Assembly (NCBI GenBank): GCA_965223335.1
Contig: OZ244991.1
Coordinates: forward strand, 736,001 to 800,000
Source: Thermodesulfobacteriota bacterium
GTDB taxonomy: Bacteria > Desulfobacterota_D > UBA1144 > Nemesobacterales > UBA2774
Length of the DNA: 64,000 nucleotides
Reading direction: 5' to 3'
This document shows, piece after piece, positions 51,191 to 61,864 of this stretch. The notes beneath the pieces are model-generated. The model saw only the letters and a list, made by a program, of their open reading frames with translations, had not been told where the DNA came from and did not search any database. Position numbers and translations under genes: made by a program. Each line of letters begins with the position of its first letter. Positions within the stretch are counted from its first letter, which is position 1.

Positions 51191-52318
51191 TTATTTACCC
51201 ATAATATTTCTAAGTGCAGAAATTAACCTATCCACGTTCTCCTTCCTGCAAGTCTCTCCCATAAGCCCTATCCGCCATATCTTTCCCTTGGTCTCGCCGA
51301 GTCCTGCTCCTACCTCTATGCCATACCTATCCAGCAGTTCCCTGCGTGCGGCTGCGTCGTCTAGACCATCGGGCAAGTAAACCGATGTGAGCATGGGTAG
51401 CATATGCTCTTTGGGAGCAAAAAAACTAAAACCAAGCCCCACCAGCTCTGATTTTAAGTAGTCTCCCAACTCTTTATGGCGCTCTACTCTTTGGTCAAGC
51501 CCCTCTTCTAGCACCAGTTTAAGCCCCTCGCTAAGTGCATAGAGCATCGAGATGGGTGCCGTGTGGTGATACAGTCTGTCGTTGCCCCAGTACCGTTTAA
51601 TCATCGACATATCCAAATACCAGCTCTGCACCTTGGTTTTACGGTTGGATATGACATCGAGGGCCTTCTCACTCATGGTAATAGGAGAGAGTCCCGGGGG
51701 CACACTCAAGCATTTTTGAGTACCGCTATAGCATATATCCACTCCCCATTCGTCCACGGAGAGACTAGAGCCCCCGAGCGAGGTTACAGCATCCACGAGC
51801 ATTAATATATCGCGCTGCCTGAGATAATCCGCTATCTCCCCAAAAGGCTGCAGCACCCCAGTAGAGGTCTCGGCCTGTACAATAGCGACCAGCTTCGCGC
51901 CCGGATTATTGCTGACTAGGTCTATTACACTCTGCTCATCAATAACAGTTCCCCACGGCTCTTCTACCCTTAACACCTCGGCACCACAGCGCTCTGCCAC
52001 ATCTACCATCCTCTCTCCGAATAACCCGTTTACACCTATCACAACTTTATCGCCCCTTTCCACAACGTTGGCAAAGCAGGCCTCCATACCCGCGCTACCC
52101 GTTCCCGACACTGGGATAGTCAGCTCATTGGTTGTTTTAAACACCTCTCGTAGCATCTGGCATATTTCATCCATTATCGGGTGGAATTGGGGATCTAAAT
52201 GGCCTAATATTGGGCGTGACAATGCATCGTAAACCCTTTTGTGCACGTTGCTTGGACCCGGCCCCATAAGTATTCTGGCACCGGTTTTATCCTGTTTCTG
52301 ACGAATCTGTTGTTTCAT
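51191..52318 (-). CDS. Alanine-glyoxylate/serine-pyruvate aminotransferase (class V)
   Basis: LMGPGP, SGTGSAGME, ETSTG, DAVTS, GTQKCL, YHHT, WRIGLMG. Likely start 52318. Confidence 0.92.
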   Translation of the reverse strand: MKQQIRQKQDKTGARILMGPGPSNVHKRVYDALSRPILGHLDPQFHPIMDEICQMLREVFKTTNELTIPVSGTGSAGMEACFANVVERGDKVVIGVNGLFGERMVDVAERCGAEVLRVEEPWGTVIDEQSVIDLVSNNPGAKLVAIVQAETSTGVLQPFGEIADYLRQRDILMLVDAVTSLGGSSLSVDEWGVDICYSGTQKCLSVPPGLSPITMSEKALDVISNRKTKVQSWYLDMSMIKRYWGNDRLYHHTAPISMLYALSEGLKLVLEEGLDQRVERHKELGDYLKSELVGLGFSFFAPKEHMLPMLTSVYLPDGLDDAAARRELLDRYGIEVGAGLGETKGKIWRIGLMGETCRKENVDRLISALRNIMGK

Positions 52319-52453
52319 GTTATTGCCTAATTTTTTTACTGCATTATTATATCTTATATATGAATCATTCATAGACAGTTAAACAAATGGGTAAAATCAC
52401 TCAGAATAATATGTAACAATTTTAGTAACATCCATTAAAAATATTTGCAGTTA

Positions 52454-52489
52454 TTGACAAAATGCGCAACTGGCCGTAAAATTTTGTCA
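52454..52489 (+). promoter_or_regulatory. Near-consensus sigma70 promoter for the riboswitch transcript, overlapped by a 9-bp inverted repeat
   Basis: TTGACA (52454)-N17-TAAAAT (52477); TGACAAAAT-N17-ATTTTGTCA. Confidence 0.7.
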
Positions 52490-52533
52490 GGTTAGATTGT
52501 TTTTAAGGAGAAGTAAAAAATTAATTATTCAAG

Positions 52534-52632
52534 TCCTAGACGAAAGGGCGAACCATTTGAAAGAATGGGGCGCAAAGTGTTGAGCCTAAGGGTAGCTAGT
52601 ATACCTATGGCTGTCACACTGCCGAACTGGGG
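52534..52632 (+). ncRNA. c-di-GMP-I (GEMM-I) riboswitch
   Basis: GGGCGAACC-ATTT-GAAA-GAAT-GGGGCGCAAAG, 11-nt tetraloop receptor CCTAAG...TATGG, 3' CTGCCGAA, P1 TCCTAG/CTGGGG. Confidence 0.93.
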
Positions 52633-52706
52633 AAAAGTGGCTGAATCGATGGGTAAGTCGCTTGAGACAGAGTTCCCTTTAGCCTCAGGACTGAGAGGGG
52701 GGTAAG

Positions 52707-53192
52707 ATGGAAACTATTGGTAAAATATTAAGCCTTACACTGCTGACCATATTCGGGTCCGCTGCAGCCACGGTGTACATGGTCGATTCAAACTTTTTTC
52801 CATCATTTCTTGAAGAGGCGCCATCTGCATACACATCAGATGTTGTAGATGATTACCAGGCCGATTACGAAACCTTATCTTCTTATAGGGAAGAAGAGCG
52901 ACAGAGGTATTATCAGGTTTCGCCGTCCACTAAAAATGATGTAGAAGAAGACGACCAGACAGTCTGGGGTCAAAACTACAGCTCAACCGAAAGCTCAGCA
53001 CCACGCATTAGCGCTACATCCAGAAGACTTGCCGAAGAACAGTCCTTGGGTGAGCTCAGAGATAACATGCGCTACTGGAACAAACAGTACATCCAGGCAA
53101 TGAGTGATGGTGAGAACAGGCGTGCCAATAAAGCCTACGCTAAGTACACTGAGTTCAAAGACGCGCTCGAGCTGAAAAGAAATTCCGAATAA
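52707..53192 (+). CDS. Hypothetical membrane-anchored or secreted protein
   Basis: N-terminal hydrophobic helix, acidic Ser/Tyr-rich linker, helical C-terminus. G-rich SD. Confidence 0.75.
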   Translation: METIGKILSLTLLTIFGSAAATVYMVDSNFFPSFLEEAPSAYTSDVVDDYQADYETLSSYREEERQRYYQVSPSTKNDVEEDDQTVWGQNYSSTESSAPRISATSRRLAEEQSLGELRDNMRYWNKQYIQAMSDGENRRANKAYAKYTEFKDALELKRNSE

Positions 53193-53261
53193 AGATTTCG
53201 ATTCGCTTGATGGAGATGGTGGATTGTTAACCTTACCTTGGTAGCGGGATAGTTTTACCAA

Positions 53262-54041
53262 CTACTCAACTAACAGGAATAGTTTAGTCAGGAAGAAGTC
53301 TCCGACTATTATCAAAAGCAGCGAGACCACAACCGTAAGAGTAGTTGCTCGGCCCACACCCTGCGTGCCGCCCTCGGCATTCATTCCAATATAACACCCG
53401 GTAATACTCACAATAATTCCAAAGAAAAATGTTTTCGATACACCGCTTATAAAGTCGGTAATGGCAACCCATTCAAGTATACTCGAGATAAAGAGCCTTG
53501 GTTTTACATCCAGGTCTATGTTGGCAAGTATCATTGCACCGCCGATCCCCGCAAGGTCGGCTATTATAGCAAGGAAAGGAAACGCAATAACACCCGCAAC
53601 CAGCCTTGGCACAACCAGCTTTCTAATCGGGTCTGCACCAAGAGTTCTTATTGCATCAATCTGCTCAGTAACCTTCATCGACCCTATCTCCGCAGTTATA
53701 CCCGATCCCACTCGACCACCTACCAACAGCGATGTCACAACCGGGCCGAGCTCCCTAACGAATGCAAGCGATACAACCGGGCCCACAACCCCCTTGGCCC
53801 CAAACCACGCAAACCCCCATGCCAACTGCACAACCATTACCATCCCTATTGCCATAGCCGATACAATAACAATGGGTATGGATTTAAACCCTATCTCATC
53901 AAGCTGCTCAATGACCAGACGAAAATTATACGGGGGTGTCACAGACGCGTAGATCGATCTGTACAAAAAGAGCCATATGTCGCCAATAAGTTCGACCAGG
54001 TTGATACAGTAGGCTCCCAGTTTGTTTATAAATCCTTTCAT
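53262..54041 (-). CDS. mlaE: MlaE-family ABC permease
   Basis: RELGPV, GRVGS, AEIGSMKVTEQIDA, GVGRATT. Confidence 0.93.
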   Translation of the reverse strand: MKGFINKLGAYCINLVELIGDIWLFLYRSIYASVTPPYNFRLVIEQLDEIGFKSIPIVIVSAMAIGMVMVVQLAWGFAWFGAKGVVGPVVSLAFVRELGPVVTSLLVGGRVGSGITAEIGSMKVTEQIDAIRTLGADPIRKLVVPRLVAGVIAFPFLAIIADLAGIGGAMILANIDLDVKPRLFISSILEWVAITDFISGVSKTFFFGIIVSITGCYIGMNAEGGTQGVGRATTLTVVVSLLLIIVGDFFLTKLFLLVE

Positions 54042-54589
54042 GAACCTATCACTTTAAACTCCGACACAAAATTCTCAAACACCACAAACCCCTGCTTAAA
54101 ATAGCTGGGGGTCGAAGAGTAAGTAAAGTCGTACACACATACACCATCTATAAAAACTACGGTTGCAATGGTGAGCGGTACGTCGTAGAGAGTCCCCGTA
54201 TATAAAGACTCGAGCGCGGGATTTCCATCTACCTCAATCTCCTCTCTACCCAACACCTCTTTATGTTTTATACCGATTAATAAAGACTCGGATAACGCAC
54301 GCAGGCTGTAGCGGGTTTTACGCTCGTCACATGTAGAATCGACGGTGATCGTGGCGTCATTCCCCTGATCGGTAAATGCCAGGTCCCCGCCATCAATCTT
54401 TAACCTCTTCCAGTTAGAGGGTAGCTTCCCGATCTTATATATTGTATCTTCAGCTGTGTATATCTCGCCACTTAATCTACCGTTATTGGAATCATCATCC
54501 GAGAGATAATAACCCAGGAACCTCGTAGCCCCACAAGAAAAAAGTAGTGTAGACACCAACATTAATATTAATACAACACTTAATCTCAT
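54038..54589 (-). CDS. Hypothetical lipoprotein
   Basis: Lipobox LFSC. ATGA overlap with mlaE. Confidence 0.75.
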   Translation of the reverse strand: MRLSVVLILMLVSTLLFSCGATRFLGYYLSDDDSNNGRLSGEIYTAEDTIYKIGKLPSNWKRLKIDGGDLAFTDQGNDATITVDSTCDERKTRYSLRALSESLLIGIKHKEVLGREEIEVDGNPALESLYTGTLYDVPLTIATVVFIDGVCVYDFTYSSTPSYFKQGFVVFENFVSEFKVIGS

Positions 54590-54963
54590 AGACTAAACCA
54601 CTAGCTTTTATGTATTGAAATATTTATAGCTAAACAAATTAATACCAATTTACCACCAAGACGGGTTTTCAATAATACTTGAAACAACTATAAAATCAAA
54701 GCATCCTCAATGGTTACATCCCCCTGACTTTGCCCTGCCCTCTTAATACCCTTTATCCACGGTTGCGATATCCGTTTATTTAGTTGGATGCCCTAATACC
54801 ACCATACGACTCTCGGCCGTTGCTAAATCTGTTAACTATACATAATTAAACCAGGTATTCCGCATACTCTGAGAATTTCATTAATTATGCAACTGCCCGC
54901 AATAGCAGCAATCTAACGGAGGTGGTTGACTCGTATAAGACGATTATTTAACATTACACCCCC

Positions 54964-56361
54964 ATGCAGCCCAGAACCAGATTTGCCCCGAGCCCAACCG
55001 GCTCGTTACACCTAGGCGGGGCACGAACCGCTATTTTCAACTGGCTTTTTGCCCGCCACGGCAAGGGCGAGTTCGTGCTTAGGATAGAGGATACCGACCA
55101 AGCCAGGTCAACCCAGGAATCATTGGACGAGATCCTCCGGGGTATGGAGTGGCTTGGACTCGACTGGGACGAGGGCCCCTACAAACAGTCCGAGCGGCTT
55201 GAGGAATATAGAAAATATGCCGACCAACTCGTCCAGGAGGGAAAGGCATACAAATGCTATGTTAGCCCCGAGGAACTGACCGAGAAGCGAAAAGAAGCAG
55301 AAGCGGGGGGCGGTGTCTTTAGATACGATCGCAGGTGGGCGAAAGAGAACGAAGGACCAGACAATCCCTATGTCATAAGACTGCTTACACCCGACACAGG
55401 GCTCGTAGAGGTAAGCGATATGCTTAGGGGCACGGTAAACTTCGAGGCCACGGAGATAGAAGACTTTGTGCTGCTTAAACGAGACGGGTTCCCCACCTAT
55501 AACTTTGCTGTGGTCGTGGATGACGCCACAATGAACATCACACATATCATTAGGGGCGACGACCACCTTATTAACACACCGAGACAGGTGCTCATATATA
55601 AAGCGCTTGGGTTCGACCTACCACAGATGGCACACGTCTCTATGATCCACGGAGAAGACAAAACCAAACTGAGCAAGCGCCACGGTGCAACCTCTATCAC
55701 AGAGTATAAAGAGATGGGATACCTGCCCGAGGCACTGCTTAACTACCTGACAAGGCTCGGGTGGTCCTATGGGGACGAGGAGATTTTCTCGGCAGATGAT
55801 CTCATAGACAAATTCACACTCGACAACGTAGGCAAATCCCCCGCTGTGTTTAACCCCGAAAAACTTAGCTGGCTAAACGGCTGGTGGATTAGAAACAAAG
55901 ACTCAAAAGAGCTTGCAGATATAATAATGCCCATCTTAGAACAAAAGGAACTTGGAATAGAAACCGACACAAAACTAATAAAAATAATCGAGGAGCTTAA
56001 ACAACGCGCGAAAACTCTCCACGATATCACAGGCAACATCGACTATTTTTATACCGATCCCAAGAGTTTCGATGAGAAGGCGGATCACAAATTCCTAAAA
56101 CCCGAATTCGTCCCGGTTTTCTCGGACCTCATCCAACAACTGGATGAGCTGGCCGAAATAGATACAGATAATGTTCGTGGTGTATTCGAGGACCTAATGA
56201 CCGCTCACGACCTCAAAATGGGCAAGATCGCCCAACCAGTCCGGGTAGCCCTCACAGGTGGCACAGTGAGCCCCGGGATCTTCGAAGTGATAGATATTTT
56301 GGGTAAAGACACGGTGCTTAGACGCCTTGGGAATGCGATAGCGCACATCAAGTCCAAATAA
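54964..56361 (+). CDS. gltX: Glutamate--tRNA ligase
   Basis: RFAPSPTG, HLGG, RIEDTD, KLSKR, anticodon domain SPGIFE. Confidence 0.97.
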   Translation: MQPRTRFAPSPTGSLHLGGARTAIFNWLFARHGKGEFVLRIEDTDQARSTQESLDEILRGMEWLGLDWDEGPYKQSERLEEYRKYADQLVQEGKAYKCYVSPEELTEKRKEAEAGGGVFRYDRRWAKENEGPDNPYVIRLLTPDTGLVEVSDMLRGTVNFEATEIEDFVLLKRDGFPTYNFAVVVDDATMNITHIIRGDDHLINTPRQVLIYKALGFDLPQMAHVSMIHGEDKTKLSKRHGATSITEYKEMGYLPEALLNYLTRLGWSYGDEEIFSADDLIDKFTLDNVGKSPAVFNPEKLSWLNGWWIRNKDSKELADIIMPILEQKELGIETDTKLIKIIEELKQRAKTLHDITGNIDYFYTDPKSFDEKADHKFLKPEFVPVFSDLIQQLDELAEIDTDNVRGVFEDLMTAHDLKMGKIAQPVRVALTGGTVSPGIFEVIDILGKDTVLRRLGNAIAHIKSK

Positions 56362-56398
56362 CCCCTAAGCTATCCCAACCCCATATGAGTGCTATGAG

Positions 56399-57265
56399 TT
56401 AGGCGTAGTCGTAAAATCCCTTACCGGACTTCCTACCCAGCCACCCGGCTCTTACCATTTGTCTTAGCAGCGGTGACGGTCTGTACTTGGAATCCTTAAA
56501 CTCCGTGTAGAACACATCCATTACATCTAGCGTTACATCGAGCCCGATCAAATCTATAAGCGCCAAAGGCCCGATCGGATGGTTAGTGCCGAGTTTCATT
56601 GCTTTATCTATATCCTCGGCCGTCGCTATGCCGTCTTGTAGTGTAAACACGGCCTCGTTTAGCATCGGTATAAGTATCCTGTTTACTATAAACCCCGGAT
56701 AGTCTTTGGTCTTTACAGGCTCTTTTCCGAGATGCCCGGCAAAATCATATGCAAATTGCAACACTTCAGGTGACGTTGTAAGCGCCTCAATGATCTCTAC
56801 CAAGCTCATCACAGGGGCCGGGTTAAAGAAATGCATGCCCACGACTTTATCGGGGCGGTCAGTACACATTGCTATATCAATTATAGGCAGAGACGATGTG
56901 TTGGTCGCAAGGACTACATCGGGTTTAGTGATCTTGGTCAGCTGCTCGTATGTGGCTTTTTTTACCCCCATCTCCTCAAACACGGCCTCAACAACCAGAT
57001 CTACATCCGATAGACTCTCGAGAGTAGTTGAACTATTTATCCTAGAAGTAATTGTTTCTACGTCCTCTTGTTTTAATTTATCCTTTTTAACCAACCTGCC
57101 CAGGCTCTTCTCTATGCCCGCCAAACCCCGTTCCAGTGCCTTATCAGACACATCTACGAGCTCTACCTCTATACCTTTTTGCGCAATAATCTGTGCTATT
57201 CCAGAACCCATTGTGCCCGCACCCACAACTCCTACTTTTTGCACCTGCTCAACGTTTAAAGGCAT
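56399..57265 (-). CDS. 3-hydroxybutyryl-CoA dehydrogenase
   Basis: GAGTMG, EAVFE, NTSS, HFFNP, GFIVNR, GRKSGKGFY. Confidence 0.93.
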   Translation of the reverse strand: MPLNVEQVQKVGVVGAGTMGSGIAQIIAQKGIEVELVDVSDKALERGLAGIEKSLGRLVKKDKLKQEDVETITSRINSSTTLESLSDVDLVVEAVFEEMGVKKATYEQLTKITKPDVVLATNTSSLPIIDIAMCTDRPDKVVGMHFFNPAPVMSLVEIIEALTTSPEVLQFAYDFAGHLGKEPVKTKDYPGFIVNRILIPMLNEAVFTLQDGIATAEDIDKAMKLGTNHPIGPLALIDLIGLDVTLDVMDVFYTEFKDSKYRPSPLLRQMVRAGWLGRKSGKGFYDYA

Positions 57266-57413
57266 GATTCACTCCCTATTAGTAATTTCCCCGGCTACGA
57301 GGATTCTCTATTATACCAGTGTGGTGATTTAATCAAGTAAGACAGTAACAAACTACTTATCTGTGCAGTTGCGGAATTGAAATAGTCCCTGAAATTATTA
57401 CAATTATTTAGGT

Positions 57414-58016
57414 ATGATTGTGCTAGGGCTTACAGGAAACATCGCTAGCGGCAAGAGTCTGGTCTCAAAACACCTAAGAGAACTTGGGGCCGTGATAATA
57501 GATGCCGACCACATAGCACGGTTGATAGTCGAGCCCGGAGAGCCGGCACTGGAGGAGATCCGCACACATTTCGGGGACGAAGCCATTAACCGCGATGGTA
57601 CCCTAAACAGAGAATACGTGGGTAATATCGTGTTCTCTGACCACAGCAAAAGGCAAGTGCTTAACCGGATCACCCACCCCAGGATCGTATCCAAGATAAG
57701 AGATTTTGTAGACAAGCAGAGACACACCGGAACAGAGGTAGCAGTAATCGAGGCAGCCCTAATAGTTGAAAAGGGAGGGTTAAACGACCTCATTGACAAA
57801 TTGGTTGTGGTCGCCACAGACGACACGAGTCAGATCAAGAGGCTTATCGAGCGAGACGACATTACAGAGGCCGAGGCACGCCGGCGAATACACTCACAGA
57901 TGCCGGCACAAGAGAAGATCAAACATGCCGACTACATTATTGACAACTCTCACACGCCTGAGCATACAAAACAGCAGGTCCTGGAATTATGGGAAACCCT
58001 TTCCAGTCAGAGTTAA
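57414..58016 (+). CDS. coaE: Dephospho-CoA kinase
   Basis: GLTGNIASGKS, DAD, THP, SQM. Confidence 0.95.
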   Translation: MIVLGLTGNIASGKSLVSKHLRELGAVIIDADHIARLIVEPGEPALEEIRTHFGDEAINRDGTLNREYVGNIVFSDHSKRQVLNRITHPRIVSKIRDFVDKQRHTGTEVAVIEAALIVEKGGLNDLIDKLVVVATDDTSQIKRLIERDDITEAEARRRIHSQMPAQEKIKHADYIIDNSHTPEHTKQQVLELWETLSSQS

Positions 58017-58255
58017 TTCTCCGCCACCCCGTTTACCATAACACCTTCAAAAAAATAGTATTTTCTGGTATTATTGAGTCCTCTTAAGAGTGGGTAGTTG
58101 GGGATCTGCACAGAATAGATATTTGAAACAGATGTATTAACCCGGCTTAATACGTGGCTACGGTTTATGCTCAAAGTGGGCGGGATTGTTACTTGCCAAC
58201 CCATGCTTTTAACTGTAGATTGGTAGGGTTTTTAAGAACCTCTAGGGAGAAAGTG

Positions 58256-59800
58256 ATGAAGGATAAAGTCGAAGAGCTCGAGCTAAAAGAGAATGAAGCC
58301 GAACTTGGAGGGGGCGAAGCCAGGATAAAGAAACAGCACGATTACGGCAAACTTACAGCGAGAGAAAGAATCGACCTCCTATTGGACAAAAACACCTTTG
58401 TAGAGCTGGATAAATTCGTAACCCATAGATGTACTGATTTTGGTATGGAGGATAAGAAGTTTCTAGGAGACGGCGTGGTTACGGGCTATGGAAAAATCGA
58501 CGGCCGCCAAGTGTTCGTGTTTGCCCAGGATTTCACAGTGTTCGGGGGTTCTTTGGGCATGGTCCACGGTAAAAAGATCTGCAAGATCATGGACCTGGCA
58601 ATGGAGGTGGGAGCGCCTGTAATCGGGCTCAACGACTCGGGTGGTGCAAGGATTCAGGAGGGTGTAGAGAGTCTCGGAGGCTATGGCGAGATATTCCTTC
58701 GTAACACTTTGGCCTCGGGTGTAGTCCCCCAGATATCCGCTATCATGGGCCCCTGTGCCGGGGGAGCGGTGTACTCGCCGGCAATTACGGATTTTGTGGT
58801 CATGGCAAGAGACACAAGCTATATGTTTATCACCGGGCCCGATGTCATCAAGACTGTTACACACGAAGAGGTCAGTTCCGAGGAACTAGGCGGTGCAATG
58901 GTCCATAACTCAAAGAGCGGTGTGGCACACTTCGCCACCGATAACGACGAACAATGCATTCTTACCATACGTGAACTACTCAGCTTTTTACCCTCAAACA
59001 ATATGGAAGACCCACCACGGGAGATCTCAGAGGACCCGCCCGACCGCCGTGACAACGGGCTTAGGGGAATAATCCCAGATAACCCAAACAAACCCTACGA
59101 TATAAGAGATGTCATATCCCCTGTGGTAGATGACGGCTATTTCTTCGAAGTCCAAGAGCACTTCGCGCAGAATATTGTCATCGGGTTCGCCAGGTTGGCG
59201 GGCCGTGTAGTGGGGGTGGTAGGGAACCAGCCTAACGTGCTTGCGGGCTGCCTCGACATAGACGCATCAGTTAAGGGGGGCAGGTTTGTCAGGTTCTGTG
59301 ACAGTTTCAACATCCCTCTACTAACATTTGTGGATGTACCCGGGTTTTTGCCCGGCACCTCACAGGAATGGGGCGGAATTATTAAACACGGGGCCAAGCT
59401 GCTCTATGCTTACTGCGAAGCAACGGTGCCCAGAGTAACTGTGATCACCCGTAAGGCATATGGTGGTGCGTACGACGTTATGTCGTCCAAGCATGTGAGG
59501 GGCGATATCAACCTCTCTTTCCCCACGGGTGAGATCGCTGTTATGGGATCTGACGGGGCGGTAAACATTATCTCGAGGACACAGATCGCAGGTGCCGAGG
59601 AACCTGAAGCCGAAAGGGCAAGGCTCATAGAGGAGTATAAGGAAAACTTTGCAAACCCCTATAGAGCCGCCGAGCTTGGTTTCATAGACGAAGTAATTAG
59701 ACCCGAAGACACACGTCCTCGGCTTATATCGGCGTTTGATCTTCTAGACGGGAAACGACAGACCAATCCGCCGAAAAAACACGGGAACATCCCGCTCTAA
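58256..59800 (+). CDS. pccB: Acyl-CoA (propionyl/methylmalonyl-CoA) carboxyltransferase beta subunit
   Basis: [41 protein letters not shown]. Likely start 58256. Confidence 0.92.
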   Translation: MKDKVEELELKENEAELGGGEARIKKQHDYGKLTARERIDLLLDKNTFVELDKFVTHRCTDFGMEDKKFLGDGVVTGYGKIDGRQVFVFAQDFTVFGGSLGMVHGKKICKIMDLAMEVGAPVIGLNDSGGARIQEGVESLGGYGEIFLRNTLASGVVPQISAIMGPCAGGAVYSPAITDFVVMARDTSYMFITGPDVIKTVTHEEVSSEELGGAMVHNSKSGVAHFATDNDEQCILTIRELLSFLPSNNMEDPPREISEDPPDRRDNGLRGIIPDNPNKPYDIRDVISPVVDDGYFFEVQEHFAQNIVIGFARLAGRVVGVVGNQPNVLAGCLDIDASVKGGRFVRFCDSFNIPLLTFVDVPGFLPGTSQEWGGIIKHGAKLLYAYCEATVPRVTVITRKAYGGAYDVMSSKHVRGDINLSFPTGEIAVMGSDGAVNIISRTQIAGAEEPEAERARLIEEYKENFANPYRAAELGFIDEVIRPEDTRPRLISAFDLLDGKRQTNPPKKHGNIPL

Positions 59801-59816
59801 CAACTAAGGACAATAT

Positions 59817-61310
59817 ATGTTTAATAAAATTCTTGTAGCAAACAGAGGGGAGATCGCAGTTAGAATAATCCGGGCTTGTAGAGAGCTCGGTGTTAAGACC
59901 GTAGCAGTCTACTCTGATGCAGATCGAAAGTCCCTCCACGTCGCCATTGCCGACGAGGCTTACCACATAGGGGGTTCAGCCCCCGCAGAAAGCTACCTGG
60001 CAATGGACAAGATCATAGATGTGGCCAAGCGATCGGGTGCCGAGGCCATTCACCCCGGCTTTGGATTCCTATCCGAGAACGAAGCGTTCGCTAAATTATG
60101 CGCGAAAGAGAAAATCATATTCATAGGCCCCTCGGCCAAGGCCATCCGACTTATGGGCGATAAAATTACCGCACGCAAAATCGCCGAGGACCACAATGTA
60201 CCGCTTGTACCGGGTTCTCAGGGTGCCGTGAGTGATGTAGAGGCGTCCATTATAGCCGATGAGATCGGGTACCCGGTGATGATTAAAGCATCGGCTGGCG
60301 GGGGCGGTAAGGGAATGAGGCTGGTCAGGTCCAAAAAGGACTTCGACAGTGCACTTAGGATGGCTCGCAGTGAGGCACGCTCGGCATTCGGTGACGACTC
60401 TGTGTTTGTAGAGAGGTTCATAGAACAACCGCGCCACGTTGAGATACAGGTCATCGGAGACTCCCAGGGCAACATACTACACCTGTTTGAACGCGAATGC
60501 TCCGTGCAGCGTAGGCACCAAAAGGTTATCGAAGAGGCCCCATCGGCTGCCATAAGTGCACGCACCCGTAAAAAGATGGGTGAGGTTGCCGTGCGTATTG
60601 CAAAGGCTGTGGATTACCAGGGCGCAGGCACGGTGGAGTTCATTATGGATCAAAACCAGAACTTTTATTTTCTCGAGATGAACACCCGTGTACAAGTCGA
60701 GCACCCCGTGACAGAGATGATCACAGGCATTGATATCGTAAAATGGATGATACGTATTGCAGACGGCGAGAAACTCCCGTTTAAACAATCTAAGATAGAG
60801 ATGAAGGGCCATGCACTGGAGTGCAGGGTATATGCTGAGGACCCCGAAAACAATTTCATGCCCAGCCCGGGCTTACTCGAATACGTAAGAGCTCCTAGCG
60901 GCCCAGGGATCAGGGACGACTCCTCGATCTATAGCGGGTGCGAGATTACACCATTTTACGACCCTATGCTCTCTAAACTCATCGTTTGGGCCGATACACG
61001 CGAGGGTGCCATACAGAAAATGTCTGCGGCACTTAAAGAATATATAGTGCTCGGTGTAAAGACCAACATAGGATTTTTAATCCGTGTGATGGACAACGAA
61101 GAGTTCCAAAAGGCCAAGATCGACACAGGCTTTATAGACAGACACCCCGAGCTCCTTCGGCCCGGCACCGATCAGATTAAAGCCGCAGTTATAGCGGCCG
61201 GTGTGGCATCCGATGAGCAGAACGATACGGGGGTTGTGGAAAAGAAAACCGTCTCCAACTGGAAGCTCTATGCCAGAAGGGCGGGTGTGTCGGGAGGCTC
61301 TATCTTATGA
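59817..61310 (+). CDS. Biotin carboxylase subunit
   Basis: ANRGEIA, GGGGKG, ERECSVQRRHQK, EMNTR, YDPM. Confidence 0.95.
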   Translation: MFNKILVANRGEIAVRIIRACRELGVKTVAVYSDADRKSLHVAIADEAYHIGGSAPAESYLAMDKIIDVAKRSGAEAIHPGFGFLSENEAFAKLCAKEKIIFIGPSAKAIRLMGDKITARKIAEDHNVPLVPGSQGAVSDVEASIIADEIGYPVMIKASAGGGGKGMRLVRSKKDFDSALRMARSEARSAFGDDSVFVERFIEQPRHVEIQVIGDSQGNILHLFERECSVQRRHQKVIEEAPSAAISARTRKKMGEVAVRIAKAVDYQGAGTVEFIMDQNQNFYFLEMNTRVQVEHPVTEMITGIDIVKWMIRIADGEKLPFKQSKIEMKGHALECRVYAEDPENNFMPSPGLLEYVRAPSGPGIRDDSSIYSGCEITPFYDPMLSKLIVWADTREGAIQKMSAALKEYIVLGVKTNIGFLIRVMDNEEFQKAKIDTGFIDRHPELLRPGTDQIKAAVIAAGVASDEQNDTGVVEKKTVSNWKLYARRAGVSGGSIL

Positions 61311-61801
61311 GCTATACCTTCAACTTCAAAGACCAGCAGTTCCATGTAGCATTTGAAGGAGACGAAAACGCCACGTCTATCAGCATAGACGGCGAGCAGG
61401 CCCCGTTAGACTTCGAAAAAATAGACAACAACCTCTACTCGATTATAGTGGACGGCACGTCCTACACGCTTGGGGTACTTAGGAAAGGCAAAAAGGTCAC
61501 CGTGTTTATCGAGGGTGATATCTACGAACTCGAAACCATAACCGAGCGCGACAGATTAAAGTCAACGACCAGTGGATCAGGTAAGAACGAGATCGTATCC
61601 CCCATGCCGAGCCGTGTGGTAAAACTGCTAAAATCCGTGGGCGACCCCATTTCAGTAGACGAGGGGGCAATAGTGGTCGAAGCCATGAAAATGGAGAGCG
61701 AACTAAAGGGTTCACTCGAAGGTGTAATAAAAGAGATAAGAGTAAGCGAAGGCGAGGCAGTCGAGGCCGGCACAGTCCTTATAGTTATTTCCCCCGAGTA
61801 A
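61307..61801 (+). CDS. Biotin carboxyl carrier protein
   Basis: SPMP...EAMKME with an N-terminal BT-like beta domain. Confidence 0.92.
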   Translation: MSYTFNFKDQQFHVAFEGDENATSISIDGEQAPLDFEKIDNNLYSIIVDGTSYTLGVLRKGKKVTVFIEGDIYELETITERDRLKSTTSGSGKNEIVSPMPSRVVKLLKSVGDPISVDEGAIVVEAMKMESELKGSLEGVIKEIRVSEGEAVEAGTVLIVISPE

Positions 61802-61864
61802 GCCCACCACATATACAGTTTGCCGAATACACACTTTTTGACTGAGTATAACTCCTCCACCCTA

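Noticed and set aside
52534..52632. Possible 3',3'-cGAMP (GEMM-Ib) riboswitch
   Set aside because: The position-20 equivalent is G, not A.
54590..54963. 374-bp intergenic region beside gltX that might hold a tRNA or sRNA; one TTATCCACG
   Set aside because: No cloverleaf, T-loop or terminator found; a single imperfect DnaA box is uninformative.
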